From a virus (taxonomy: Duplodnaviria > Caudoviricetes), in IMG/VR virus record IMGVR_UViG_3300030104_003308, positions 1 to 59,239 of that record: DNA of 59,239 nucleotides; one strand, written 5' to 3'. Every line of letters starts with the position of its first letter. Position 1 is the first letter of the stretch. The position numbers and the translations under genes are program-made. Positions 44,919 to 53,648 of the stretch are shown one piece after another. The notes below the pieces were generated by a model. It saw only the letters and a list, made by a program, of their open reading frames with translations, did not search any database and was not told the origin of the DNA.

Positions 44919-46112
44919 CTATGATCTAGAGTCCCAACCTTTGATGTAAGCATGAACTTTGTCTTGCAAGAGTTCCAAACCACATTCGGTTAGGTACTCG
45001 TGCTTGACGCTGTCTGCGTCTGGTGCTTGTCTATTTTCCAATAGCTGAGTATCTCTACCTTCGAGGTAGCGATAAGATAGATATGGGAAGTCGATTATCA
45101 CCATAGCATTTTTCATGTGATCCAACTGACGGAACTGTGGGTGTAAGTGAACCATCAAGTCACCTGCAAATGTTGTGTATCTTATAAGATTAACCCCATA
45201 AGAACCCTCAACAACTGTAGGCTTCCATCTGTCTTTACCCATTTGCTGTAGCTGGTTAGCTACTGTTTCACCTACGAAAGCGATCTTTTGATTGCTTCCA
45301 TACTTGAACACAGTTGACATAAGTAGGCTGTCAAATCCTTCTTCTGACATCTTACCAGCACTTGCTCCACCATAGCTGGCAAAGGAAGTGGCGATATCGA
45401 CAACATTTGTTAAGGAGTTAATCAGACCACCAGTGTAACGTGTTGGTGATGCAGTTGAGCCATTGGCTTCATGCTTGTTTCCAAAGAACATAGCTCTTTC
45501 GATGTCAGACATGTGTAGTTTAAGAGCCTTCGTCATGCTCTCATCCATCTTATCCCCAGTTCTTAGATAAGTTGAGCTCAAAGTATTTGATACTTGGAAC
45601 GCAGTTCTAAAAATTTGGGTGTAGTTGGAGACTACAGATGCGTCAAAAGAAATAGCAGTTGGAGATGTCCCACCTTCAGTCGCTGCATAGCCACTTATAA
45701 ATAGCTTGTCATTGTCTGTAATTGAGTGTGACGTTCCTCCAATGTTTCTGGAGACTGTTAGAGTTGTGCCTGTTGTATCAGCAGAAGCTTGCATAACTTC
45801 TCCAGTTGCTTGGGAAATTATAATAGCACCACTAATGGCGAACTTATTATCGTCTGCTGCATCAATCGTAATGGCAGTTGCTGAGTCATTATAACCAGCA
45901 CCATTATCAACTGTTACAACTCGGTCTGGGAGTTCATCTCTAAAATTTTTGTACTCTGGATCGTCTGTACTCTCAGACGAACCCATAGATAACAACGCAT
46001 TTAGAGGTGCGTTCCCATTAGGTTCAAGAAGCGTAAAAAGCTCCCTATAGTTTTTTGGACGGAAGTCTGTGCCGAACTCGCCAGTACCTCTCATCCCTTG
46101 AATTGCTGCCAT
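44919..46112 (-). CDS. Major capsid protein (DUF5309/SU10-like)
   Basis: NYTQIFRTAFQVS, DIERAMFFG, TGGLI, YLTECGLE; AAGGAG SD. Confidence 0.85.
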   Translation of the reverse strand: MAAIQGMRGTGEFGTDFRPKNYRELFTLLEPNGNAPLNALLSMGSSESTDDPEYKNFRDELPDRVVTVDNGAGYNDSATAITIDAADDNKFAISGAIIISQATGEVMQASADTTGTTLTVSRNIGGTSHSITDNDKLFISGYAATEGGTSPTAISFDASVVSNYTQIFRTAFQVSNTLSSTYLRTGDKMDESMTKALKLHMSDIERAMFFGNKHEANGSTASPTRYTGGLINSLTNVVDIATSFASYGGASAGKMSEEGFDSLLMSTVFKYGSNQKIAFVGETVANQLQQMGKDRWKPTVVEGSYGVNLIRYTTFAGDLMVHLHPQFRQLDHMKNAMVIIDFPYLSYRYLEGRDTQLLENRQAPDADSVKHEYLTECGLELLQDKVHAYIKGWDSRS

Positions 46113-46186
46113 AGATAAATCTCCTTTGGCTTAAGGTTAAGGTTTAATATGTGACGAGTATTGTGGAATTACCTTCACTAACTCAT

Positions 46187-46217
46187 AAGTCTGTAGGCCG
46201 TAGCGTACTTGTGACTT
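46187..46217 (-). promoter_or_regulatory. Leader hairpin with cUACGg loop (capsid)
   Basis: AAGUC-ACAA-GUA-C-GC-UACG-GC-C-UAC-A-GACUU. Confidence 0.6.
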
Positions 46218-46223
46218 AATTGC

Positions 46224-46254
46224 AACGTACACTAATTTTTACATTAGTTCGTCC
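46224..46254 (-). promoter_or_regulatory. Late promoter variant GGACGAA-N18-TACGTT for capsid
   Basis: Predicted start coincides with the 5' end of the leader hairpin. Confidence 0.55.
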
Positions 46255-46675
46255 CTATTAAAGATTTTGTCCAACTTTCTTTTTCACAGTCCTCAGAAAA
46301 CTTACTAGGATGTATCCTTTTAGTCAGACCTTTCCCAAAAAAACCTACATTAAAAAATAGAACTTTCTCTATATCTATGGCAACCAGTGCAACAATGTCA
46401 CAGTCTTTTTTTGTTAAGGGGATTTTTGGCAGACGCCCAGAGCATACAGAAAAGTGATACGTCCAGTATCCTCTGCTTTTTCTTTCATAAGCTCTTCTGT
46501 ACCGACTAGACTTTACTTGCACTCTTACAGGTTTGTTGTTGTTTAATGCCAGTATGTCTGTCTTTTGCAGATACACAAAATTACAGGGGACACCCATCTT
46601 CAATAGCTTTGTCAAGCATATTGCTTCTCCAAGAAGACCCATGTTTAAATGGGCGTATCTATCCTTTTCTTCCAT
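46244..46675 (-). CDS. PD-(D/E)XK endonuclease
   Basis: GLLGE, TDIL, RVQVKS, CDIVALV. Confidence 0.75.
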   Translation of the reverse strand: MEEKDRYAHLNMGLLGEAICLTKLLKMGVPCNFVYLQKTDILALNNNKPVRVQVKSSRYRRAYERKSRGYWTYHFSVCSGRLPKIPLTKKDCDIVALVAIDIEKVLFFNVGFFGKGLTKRIHPSKFSEDCEKESWTKSLIGTN

Positions 46676-47063
46676 AGAATATATGTCTGCCGATCTTTTT
46701 GATTTTCGATACGTCTGAGAGCCAGTAAGGTTTTACATAGGAAGCGTGGTAGAATAGGGCTTGATCTCCAACAACTGTTACTCTTGCGTCTTCCATGTAC
46801 GCATCAAACATTGTTTCTGCTATTCTAACAGACTTTCTCCACGCTTCTTTCTCATAGGGCTTGTCTGACTTCCCATCACAAGTCCAGCTAAATGCACAAG
46901 ATTTCTTACCAGACTGGAGAACAACCTTCTTTACAGTATCAGGATAATAGGGGCTATCAACTCTATTAAGAGTAACTTCAGCCACTGCAATCTGACCAGA
47001 GATAGGCTCATTCCTTGCTTCGTGGTAAATATTAAGTGCTAAATATAATACAGCTTCTAACAT
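46659..47063 (-). CDS. SleB-like cell wall hydrolase (Hydrolase_2)
   Basis: LALNIYHEARNE..GQIAVA.VTLNRV, FSW, FYHA.YV.P.W, IGRHIFY. Confidence 0.9.
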   Translation of the reverse strand: MLEAVLYLALNIYHEARNEPISGQIAVAEVTLNRVDSPYYPDTVKKVVLQSGKKSCAFSWTCDGKSDKPYEKEAWRKSVRIAETMFDAYMEDARVTVVGDQALFYHASYVKPYWLSDVSKIKKIGRHIFYGRKG

Positions 47064-47076
47064 AATAATCCCCCAT

Positions 47077-47103
47077 AAAAAAACGCCCTCCTTTTGGGAG
47101 GGC
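47077..47103 (-). terminator. Terminator after the scaffold gene
   Basis: GCCCTCC-CAAAA-GGAGGGC-G-T7 on the - strand. Confidence 0.8.
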
Positions 47104-47132
47104 AGTTTGGTGAGGCAACATGAAACTCGTTA

Positions 47133-48143
47133 CTAAGCTATGCCCTTTTGAGCCATTTTTGATGCAGCGAACTTATCAAATCGGCTTTCTGTAGGGGCTG
47201 TTTCATTTGATCCACTAGCTGGTGTATTACCTAGAGAGCCAGTAAATGCTGATCTTTTCTTAGCAATCTCAACTAGTCTTTCCATTTCTGGAGAGTTGAG
47301 GTTATTTTTGTAGTCTTGCATTAACTTGATAGTAAGACCTGGGTCGATAAGGTCTTCCATTGTGTATCCTCTCTCTGCCATGAAGACAGGAAAGTTTTGA
47401 GCAGCTTCGTCTGGAAGACCAAGTTGTTGCTGAACTCTATCAATGTTATTTGCAATAGTCTTTTGCATAGCTTGAATTTGCATATTGTTCGCACTGTCCA
47501 TTGTGCTTTTAGCTGCATCAACATTACCTTGCGATCTTGCTAAGACCTGACTAAGCATCTGCTCCAATTTAGCCATTCTACCATTCATGGTGCTCATGCC
47601 AGTTTGATTGCCTGTCATCATTGCTTCGTATCCAGGTGGTAAGCTGATAGCATTTTCTTCAGCCCATTTAGTCATTTGGTCTTGCATAGAAGACTCACCA
47701 GCTTTTGCAGGGGTGTTGCCCTCTGTATTGCCCATAGAAGGGTTTTTCTTGCTTGCCTTTAAAATATTCTCAAGAGTACCTGCAACGTCTTTCGGTTGCA
47801 TATTTGGATTGGCTCTAAGTATTTTAGCCACTAAGTCGTTGACTGGTTTGAGGTTTGCGTTTTGGTAGTTTAAAGCTGCATATCTCTGCATGGTCGAAGA
47901 GATTTGCTTTGGGGTCATGTTTCTCGTCTTGCCATCACCCATGTCTATTTCATAAACAACAGCTTCAGCGTTCATCTTGTCGTTTTCAGTCGTTGGACTG
48001 GCTTTACTAGATGCCTTGTCTTCGTTGCTGTCTTTAGCTTTTGCCTCTTTTGGTGGGACTGGTTCTTCAACAGGTTTATTGTTGGGCGTACCGAGCTTTG
48101 CCTGTGAAATTGAGTCTATTATTTCTTTATCGTTTATAGCCAT
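47133..48143 (-). CDS. Putative scaffolding protein
   Basis: Charged disordered N-terminus, helical, upstream of capsid, AAGGAG SD. Confidence 0.65.
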   Translation of the reverse strand: MAINDKEIIDSISQAKLGTPNNKPVEEPVPPKEAKAKDSNEDKASSKASPTTENDKMNAEAVVYEIDMGDGKTRNMTPKQISSTMQRYAALNYQNANLKPVNDLVAKILRANPNMQPKDVAGTLENILKASKKNPSMGNTEGNTPAKAGESSMQDQMTKWAEENAISLPPGYEAMMTGNQTGMSTMNGRMAKLEQMLSQVLARSQGNVDAAKSTMDSANNMQIQAMQKTIANNIDRVQQQLGLPDEAAQNFPVFMAERGYTMEDLIDPGLTIKLMQDYKNNLNSPEMERLVEIAKKRSAFTGSLGNTPASGSNETAPTESRFDKFAASKMAQKGIA

Positions 48144-48154
48144 TATATCTCCTT

Positions 48155-48172
48155 GGGAGGCCGTAGCGTCCC
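48155..48172 (-). promoter_or_regulatory. Leader hairpin with cUACGg loop abutting the scaffold SD
   Basis: GGGA-C-GC-UACG-GC-C-UCCC then AAGGAG. Confidence 0.6.
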
Positions 48173-48192
48173 CTTAAATTGAAAGTAATGGC

Positions 48193-48224
48193 ATTATGTA
48201 CTCTAGGGATTGCTTTTGTCGTCC
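48193..48224 (-). promoter_or_regulatory. Late promoter motif GGACGAC-N19-CATAAT
   Basis: Upstream of the scaffold gene. Confidence 0.65.
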
Positions 48225-48466
48225 TTCTCTCCTAACGCAATTTCAGCACTAAATTTCGATGTAAGTTTAGAGGGTAGGTCTAGCAATGCTTTTGCAGCAA
48301 AGATTGATCCTCTTCTAAAGTTAATCTCATCCAAAGTCATTTGTGAATTTTCTGCGATTGCCATAGCAGAAGAAACGATTTCCTCCTCCATTACCTGACG
48401 CATGACTGTCCACCCTTTACTTTTTACAAGGGCATCTATCGCATTAAGCGATGCCTTTGGATTCAT
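48203..48466 (-). CDS. Small head-module protein
   Basis: SKGW...FRRG motif, upstream of scaffold. Confidence 0.6.
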   Translation of the reverse strand: MNPKASLNAIDALVKSKGWTVMRQVMEEEIVSSAMAIAENSQMTLDEINFRRGSIFAAKALLDLPSKLTSKFSAEIALGEKDDKSNP

Positions 48467-48593
48467 TTTTTCTTAGAAGGTTTCTTTTTATTAATTGGCT
48501 TACCAGCCATCACAGCACCATGCCCCTTTTTCCCAGACGAGGTTTTGTGAGGTATTGACCCCATATAGGGTTTTAAGTTGGGTTGTTTTCCCA

Positions 48594-48782
48594 TCACATA
48601 CTCCATAAAATTGTTGCAAGTAAAATAATTATAGCAGACGCTGCTCCTATAAGTAGTCCCTCTATCCGTTTAAGACGGATAAAAAGTTCTTTGAATTGAA
48701 TAGATGTCTCGTGTTCTAAGACGAGGACACGCTTTTCAATTTCGTCTATTTTTTCGATTGCAGTTGTAAGGTCGTGGATCAT
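48594..48782 (-). CDS. Small coiled-coil protein with C-terminal TM helix
   Basis: RLKRIEGLLIGAASAIIILL. Confidence 0.65.
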   Translation of the reverse strand: MIHDLTTAIEKIDEIEKRVLVLEHETSIQFKELFIRLKRIEGLLIGAASAIIILLATILWSM

Positions 48783-48970
48783 AACTCAGGCTCTTCTTGG
48801 TATTTAATTGTTCCGTCAAAGTCAGACTCATCACTTTGGTATTTACCTACCCACTTCCCATCTTCTTTAACATAATCTACCAGTCCCTTTTTCCTTTCTT
48901 CCTCAGTAAAAGGGGGCTTGTCCTCTTGCAAGGCAGCTTCTGTGTGATACACGCTATATTTATCTGACAT
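48779..48970 (-). CDS. Hypothetical protein
   Basis: GGAG SD, coupled ORF. Confidence 0.55.
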   Translation of the reverse strand: MSDKYSVYHTEAALQEDKPPFTEEERKKGLVDYVKEDGKWVGKYQSDESDFDGTIKYQEEPEL

Positions 48971-48992
48971 AAGTTTCTCCAGTCATTTGACA

Positions 48993-50102
48993 TTAATGTG
49001 TTTTAGGCTGACATATAAATGAAATCCAGCAAAGATCAGGATTTATTGAACTCACAGTATTTGTGTTATAGCTATCATTTGTATTACCTGTGTAGCGATT
49101 CATCACAGCAGAGGCCGTATACTCGCTTGTACCAGTATCTTGACCAAAAACATTATCGGATAGTGACCAATTACTGGTATAACTAGGAGGTCTTATAGTC
49201 GTATTCGTGTTAGATGTTGCACTAACAAATAAGCCAAATCCAGCTTTAGCAAAATCCCCATTACCATTTCTCCAGTATTCTGTATATAAATTACTAGATG
49301 TATTGTGGTATACGTTAGGGCTCATGTCTGTGCTATTTTGAGCGTAAGCCAGTTCACTATAAAAATTAGTTAGGTTTTCACATCTCCATAAAACAACATG
49401 GCCTCCTCCTACCATTTCACCCTTGAAGTATATTTGAATAGTTATGTTGCCATGTGCTGGTGTTTTTAAATAATACATTGCTGATTGGTTGTAAGCAGAG
49501 TCCACTGTCCTTATCCAACTCATAGATGAGTTAGATATACTTGTCCCATTTATATAAACGCTATTAACCCAGTTGTCTGTCGTGTTTCCACCATCGTAAT
49601 TCCAGCCCCTGAAAGCAAATGTAACAAAATAATATCTATGGGGGCTACGCTCTTCTGCTGTCCTTGCATTAAAAGTAGCCGTATAGGTTGTGGAGTTCAT
49701 ATTAGTATTTGTTGTGGAAGAAGCTCCCATAAATATTGGAAGGCTCGCAATAGAAGTTTGATGCTCCCAAGTATTCTTTAAGCGTTGCATACCAGTTGGA
49801 TGTGGCATTACTGACTCAATGGTAGATATGGATGAACCTGTGTTCTTATAAGTTTTATAGTAGCTGGTATTAAACCGATAAGGTTCTTCATACCTGCTTA
49901 TGACTTGCCCTTTTCTCTTTACTGGAGTTTTAAACATTACATTAGGGTCAAATTTACCATAAATATCATGGGCATTTGCTCTTTCACTTGTAGCACTATT
50001 CCCAGTAGTATTGCTTGTAGAAAGACCAGCATTTTGGTTAGCCCTAAATATAGGGTTCGTGCTGTCCCTTAATGATAGTGTTCCAAAGGCTTGTACTGAC
50101 AT
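48993..50102 (-). CDS. Putative fibre/receptor-binding protein
   Basis: N/T/S/Y-rich beta composition in the fibre cluster. Confidence 0.55.
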   Translation of the reverse strand: MSVQAFGTLSLRDSTNPIFRANQNAGLSTSNTTGNSATSERANAHDIYGKFDPNVMFKTPVKRKGQVISRYEEPYRFNTSYYKTYKNTGSSISTIESVMPHPTGMQRLKNTWEHQTSIASLPIFMGASSTTNTNMNSTTYTATFNARTAEERSPHRYYFVTFAFRGWNYDGGNTTDNWVNSVYINGTSISNSSMSWIRTVDSAYNQSAMYYLKTPAHGNITIQIYFKGEMVGGGHVVLWRCENLTNFYSELAYAQNSTDMSPNVYHNTSSNLYTEYWRNGNGDFAKAGFGLFVSATSNTNTTIRPPSYTSNWSLSDNVFGQDTGTSEYTASAVMNRYTGNTNDSYNTNTVSSINPDLCWISFICQPKTH

Positions 50103-50458
50103 TACGAAATAATCTCATAAGAAATAATCATTGTAAGAGCACTATTCCCACCAGCATCAATGCTATCGTTTTCCTCAAGATAGATAGGGCTATCTTTCCC
50201 AATCAAAACCATTGAGGAGTCTGCTGGCACAAATACAGTGGATGCAAATTCAAACCTAGTGTTAGCATTTTTGCGAAGACTTGCTGTACAGTTTAAACCA
50301 CTCGTTCCATTTGTGTTACAAACAATGACTGTGTTAATTTTATAAACAGAGTTTGTGTCTGTGTTTTTAAGTATTTCAGTAGTTGTGGTTGATGTTAGAA
50401 CCTCTCCATAAGATTTACCTATGATGGAGGTTACGTCTACAATGTTGGGGGCTGTCAT
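50102..50458 (-). CDS. Small structural protein
   Basis: APNIV.V..I.G...KIN...IYLEE.D...ISYE motif. Confidence 0.65.
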   Translation of the reverse strand: MTAPNIVDVTSIIGKSYGEVLTSTTTTEILKNTDTNSVYKINTVIVCNTNGTSGLNCTASLRKNANTRFEFASTVFVPADSSMVLIGKDSPIYLEENDSIDAGGNSALTMIISYEIIS

Positions 50459-50470
50459 TTTTTTACTCCT

Positions 50471-50872
50471 TTATCCAAATACGATTGCCATTGCGATTGC
50501 TTTTCCAGTAGATACACCTCCACCTCCAGAACTAGGTGCTGTCGTCAAAGACGTGCCATCACTGAACTCTACACCTTGGGTGTCAAGGGTTACTTTGCCT
50601 TGAAACACAGGTGTTAATATGGGGGCTTTTAGAGCTAGAGTTGCATTGGGGGCAAACGAAGTAAGGTGATCTATTATAGCTGCACTTGTGGGGATTGTGG
50701 TATCATTGTCATTACTAGCTATACCTTCAGACTCTGTGACCTTTACTCCGTCTGTCATGTGGTTGATGCCAATGACATTTGTAGTTGTAGCCGTTACAAT
50801 CCCTTCTGCTTTTTTAGTTTTTAAATCCGAGGCTGAATCGCCAAGGGTTGCCATATCTTTTGCTCTTGTCAT
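50471..50872 (-). CDS. Fibre-associated protein
   Basis: MTRAKD start, DTTIPTSAAI, C-terminal GKAIAMAIVFG. Confidence 0.65.
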   Translation of the reverse strand: MTRAKDMATLGDSASDLKTKKAEGIVTATTTNVIGINHMTDGVKVTESEGIASNDNDTTIPTSAAIIDHLTSFAPNATLALKAPILTPVFQGKVTLDTQGVEFSDGTSLTTAPSSGGGGVSTGKAIAMAIVFG

Positions 50873-50881
50873 TTTATTCTC

Positions 50882-51412
50882 CTAGCTTGGTTTTGTCGGC
50901 CATGTTATTGATGAAATGGATTGTTTGGTTATATCACGAAGTTTCTGTCGATAGGTACGCCAAGCAGATGCGTCTGAGCCAGCATCTAAAAGTATATTGA
51001 TTTGCCAGTCTGCTTCTTCGAGAAGAGGTTTTCTTTTTTCTCTCCATTCTTGAATAGTGCTTTTGTCTTGTTGGTCTTGGTACTCTTTATCTTGCTCTGC
51101 TTTTGTTTTTGTTACCTTTCCGTCTTTGTCTTTAATATCAGAAAACCGATCTACTTCTTTCCATTTCTCAACCCAGACTTCTTCTTTTGAGCCGTCTGCC
51201 ATGTCCATTGTGCTTTTCCCAATTCCGTCAGTGACAACAACCTTAGTTGAGGATGATGTTTCTGGTTGAGGGATTGAATGAACATATTCTAGCTTAAGAT
51301 ACTCAAGGATAGATTCGTTCCATGCTGAAGGTAAAGAAACATTGGGAGCGTGTATCCTTGTCCACTCACCTTTTGCTTTAATCTCACCTGTCTCTTTATG
51401 TCTGTAAATCAT
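50882..51412 (-). CDS. Tail fibre assembly chaperone-like protein
   Basis: R..LL.EADW...WRTYRQKLRDIT...WPTKP; AAGGAG SD. Confidence 0.75.
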   Translation of the reverse strand: MIYRHKETGEIKAKGEWTRIHAPNVSLPSAWNESILEYLKLEYVHSIPQPETSSSTKVVVTDGIGKSTMDMADGSKEEVWVEKWKEVDRFSDIKDKDGKVTKTKAEQDKEYQDQQDKSTIQEWREKRKPLLEEADWQINILLDAGSDASAWRTYRQKLRDITKQSISSITWPTKPS

Positions 51413-51422
51413 ATTGTCTCCT

Positions 51423-53648
51423 TTAAGCGATAGCCATATAGATATAACTTGATGTCGCACTCGCATTGTTTAGAGGGTACGATGAATTTAATCCTCTAAA
51501 TTCGTATGTAGCACCATTAGATGTTTGAATTATATTTAAATTATTTTGTTCAGCACCATTGCTACTGAGGGGAAGCCAATAATCATTACCAGTTCCACCA
51601 AATCCTAATGCTTGGGTCAACAACCACCATTCTGGCGTTGGTTCTCCAGTCGACAAACCCCCATCCTTTTTTTTGAAAAGCATGAATCGAGGGGAAAAAG
51701 GTAGCCCTACTATCCTAGAAGGGAAGCTACCAGAATAAGCCCCATGCACTATATGAGTGTCGTCTGTTTTTGCAAAAAGCAATGCCATGTAAGTTTCACC
51801 AGATTTGTTGGTTGTTTCGTATGCAGCATTACCAACACTGTCATCCCCTACATAAAAATAATTAGCGTCTGCCCATTGATTTCCCCACATCTTCCCACCA
51901 TTAGCCATGAGGGCAGAATCATTCGCTTTTAAATAATTATCTCTCGGCATGTAATACTGATGGGCATACGAATCACTATTGAAAGAAAGTGGAAAGACCA
52001 TGCGAAGCCAAGGCTCTGTTTGCAGTTGATGAGGGATTGATTGCGAAGCAGTTCCATCGCCTTTGTAAACAACAATATCAAAGAACCCTTTTCGCCTTTT
52101 AAAACCAAAATTTATATAGTTTGTGCCATTCTGATTAAAGGCAGTGTCACTGTTGTAGACATTATAATATCTGCTATCTGCCGTTTCATAAGCATAAGGG
52201 GTTGTGCTATAATTGTTACCAAGGACTAATGAGTGAAAACTACGTGCAGCTGTTATACCAAAAGAAGAGGGTTGCCACTCTGTACTTGTTCCATCTAAAT
52301 GCTTTCCCCTTTGCTCCCTAAGACGAGTGAAAAGGACATTGTAATCACCAGATTGTCTTTTTAAATGAATGATAGCGTCTACCCCAGTCATTAGTGAAGC
52401 ACTGCCAAAACTTTTATTCCATGTATAACTATTTCCTGTGTAGGCTGAATGTCCAAAGACTTCTTCACTTGCATTTGTTTTTGGTCTGTGCATCCCACCT
52501 TTTCTAATAGCCATGTACCAAAAAGCACCACCTGCACTCTGGTTATAGTTAAAGTCGGTATTATTGGTATCAATATCAAACCCATAGTATCTCGGGTAAA
52601 TACCATCAAGTTGCTCTGTTACTTTAGTATTAGCATTTCCCATAACACCTATAGAAGCCTTGTCTGTATTATCATGTGTTGAACCTTTAACTACATGAGG
52701 CCATCTTCTCATGGTATCAAAGTTGTACCAATATCTGGACAAACCTGCATGACGCATCATTAGAAACTGAGGCTCAAATCCTACATCTATATTTAGTGCA
52801 GAGCTCCCCCCATTCCCAACGAAATAATGCTGTTTTATAACACCAGCAGGGTGTGGGTCGTGGGCAAAGAGATAGATTGTGTAATCATACCCACTTTTGT
52901 TAGTGGCATTTGCGTAAGAGCCTGTTGCTGCATTAATTTTAGCAACGTCTATTTGTGTATTAGATGCAAGACCATTAGTACCAACATTGCCTAATTCCCA
53001 TTGTTGATTTGCTGCTGAGTTGTTGTTGTCTAAGCAAAAAGATGAGTTTGTTGAACTTACTTGATACTCAAGATCATTTGTATTCCATTTCCTAGTTGCT
53101 ACAAAAGCATTGAGATGGACATAGGGAGAACCCAGTCCACTATTGCTTTTCATACTCACAAAACCGAAATGTGGAACAAGTTCTAGTTCATGGTCGATAA
53201 TTTGAGAAGATTGTCCATTTCCAGTGTATTGGATCATGTCAAAAAAGCGAGGGGCTTTTTTAAATAATTGCATGTGGTAGCCATAGTTACTGCCATTCAC
53301 ATCACTATCGCTCCCTATTCTAATGTGATGAGGGGAAGTTACGAGGTTGCCAGTATTCACTCTTAGGTTTGTAAAATGGTTACTAGGGGCATTGACGTGT
53401 ACACCTGATGCTCCATTCCATTTGGCACTTGCTCCATCCAGTGTATTACACATACTAAAAGGTACAGCAGTAAGCTCCCTAGACCATACCCATACCAAAA
53501 ATTCTCCAGTTGTCACATCAAAAGGAGGAGGGATAGGAACGTCACGATTTTGCGATGCGTTCCCTATGTAGGAAACACTTGAGAAAACATCCTCAACAAA
53601 AGGGGGAGGTGATCCTTTAGCAGCATAAAGTAGTCTTTTCCCACCCAT
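51423..53648 (-). CDS. Tail fibre / virion protein with repeated YxGNG modules
   Basis: YIGN, FFDMIQYTGNG, YTGN, FFDIVVYKGDG, terminal YIYMAIA. Confidence 0.75.
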   Translation of the reverse strand: MGGKRLLYAAKGSPPPFVEDVFSSVSYIGNASQNRDVPIPPPFDVTTGEFLVWVWSRELTAVPFSMCNTLDGASAKWNGASGVHVNAPSNHFTNLRVNTGNLVTSPHHIRIGSDSDVNGSNYGYHMQLFKKAPRFFDMIQYTGNGQSSQIIDHELELVPHFGFVSMKSNSGLGSPYVHLNAFVATRKWNTNDLEYQVSSTNSSFCLDNNNSAANQQWELGNVGTNGLASNTQIDVAKINAATGSYANATNKSGYDYTIYLFAHDPHPAGVIKQHYFVGNGGSSALNIDVGFEPQFLMMRHAGLSRYWYNFDTMRRWPHVVKGSTHDNTDKASIGVMGNANTKVTEQLDGIYPRYYGFDIDTNNTDFNYNQSAGGAFWYMAIRKGGMHRPKTNASEEVFGHSAYTGNSYTWNKSFGSASLMTGVDAIIHLKRQSGDYNVLFTRLREQRGKHLDGTSTEWQPSSFGITAARSFHSLVLGNNYSTTPYAYETADSRYYNVYNSDTAFNQNGTNYINFGFKRRKGFFDIVVYKGDGTASQSIPHQLQTEPWLRMVFPLSFNSDSYAHQYYMPRDNYLKANDSALMANGGKMWGNQWADANYFYVGDDSVGNAAYETTNKSGETYMALLFAKTDDTHIVHGAYSGSFPSRIVGLPFSPRFMLFKKKDGGLSTGEPTPEWWLLTQALGFGGTGNDYWLPLSSNGAEQNNLNIIQTSNGATYEFRGLNSSYPLNNASATSSYIYMAIA

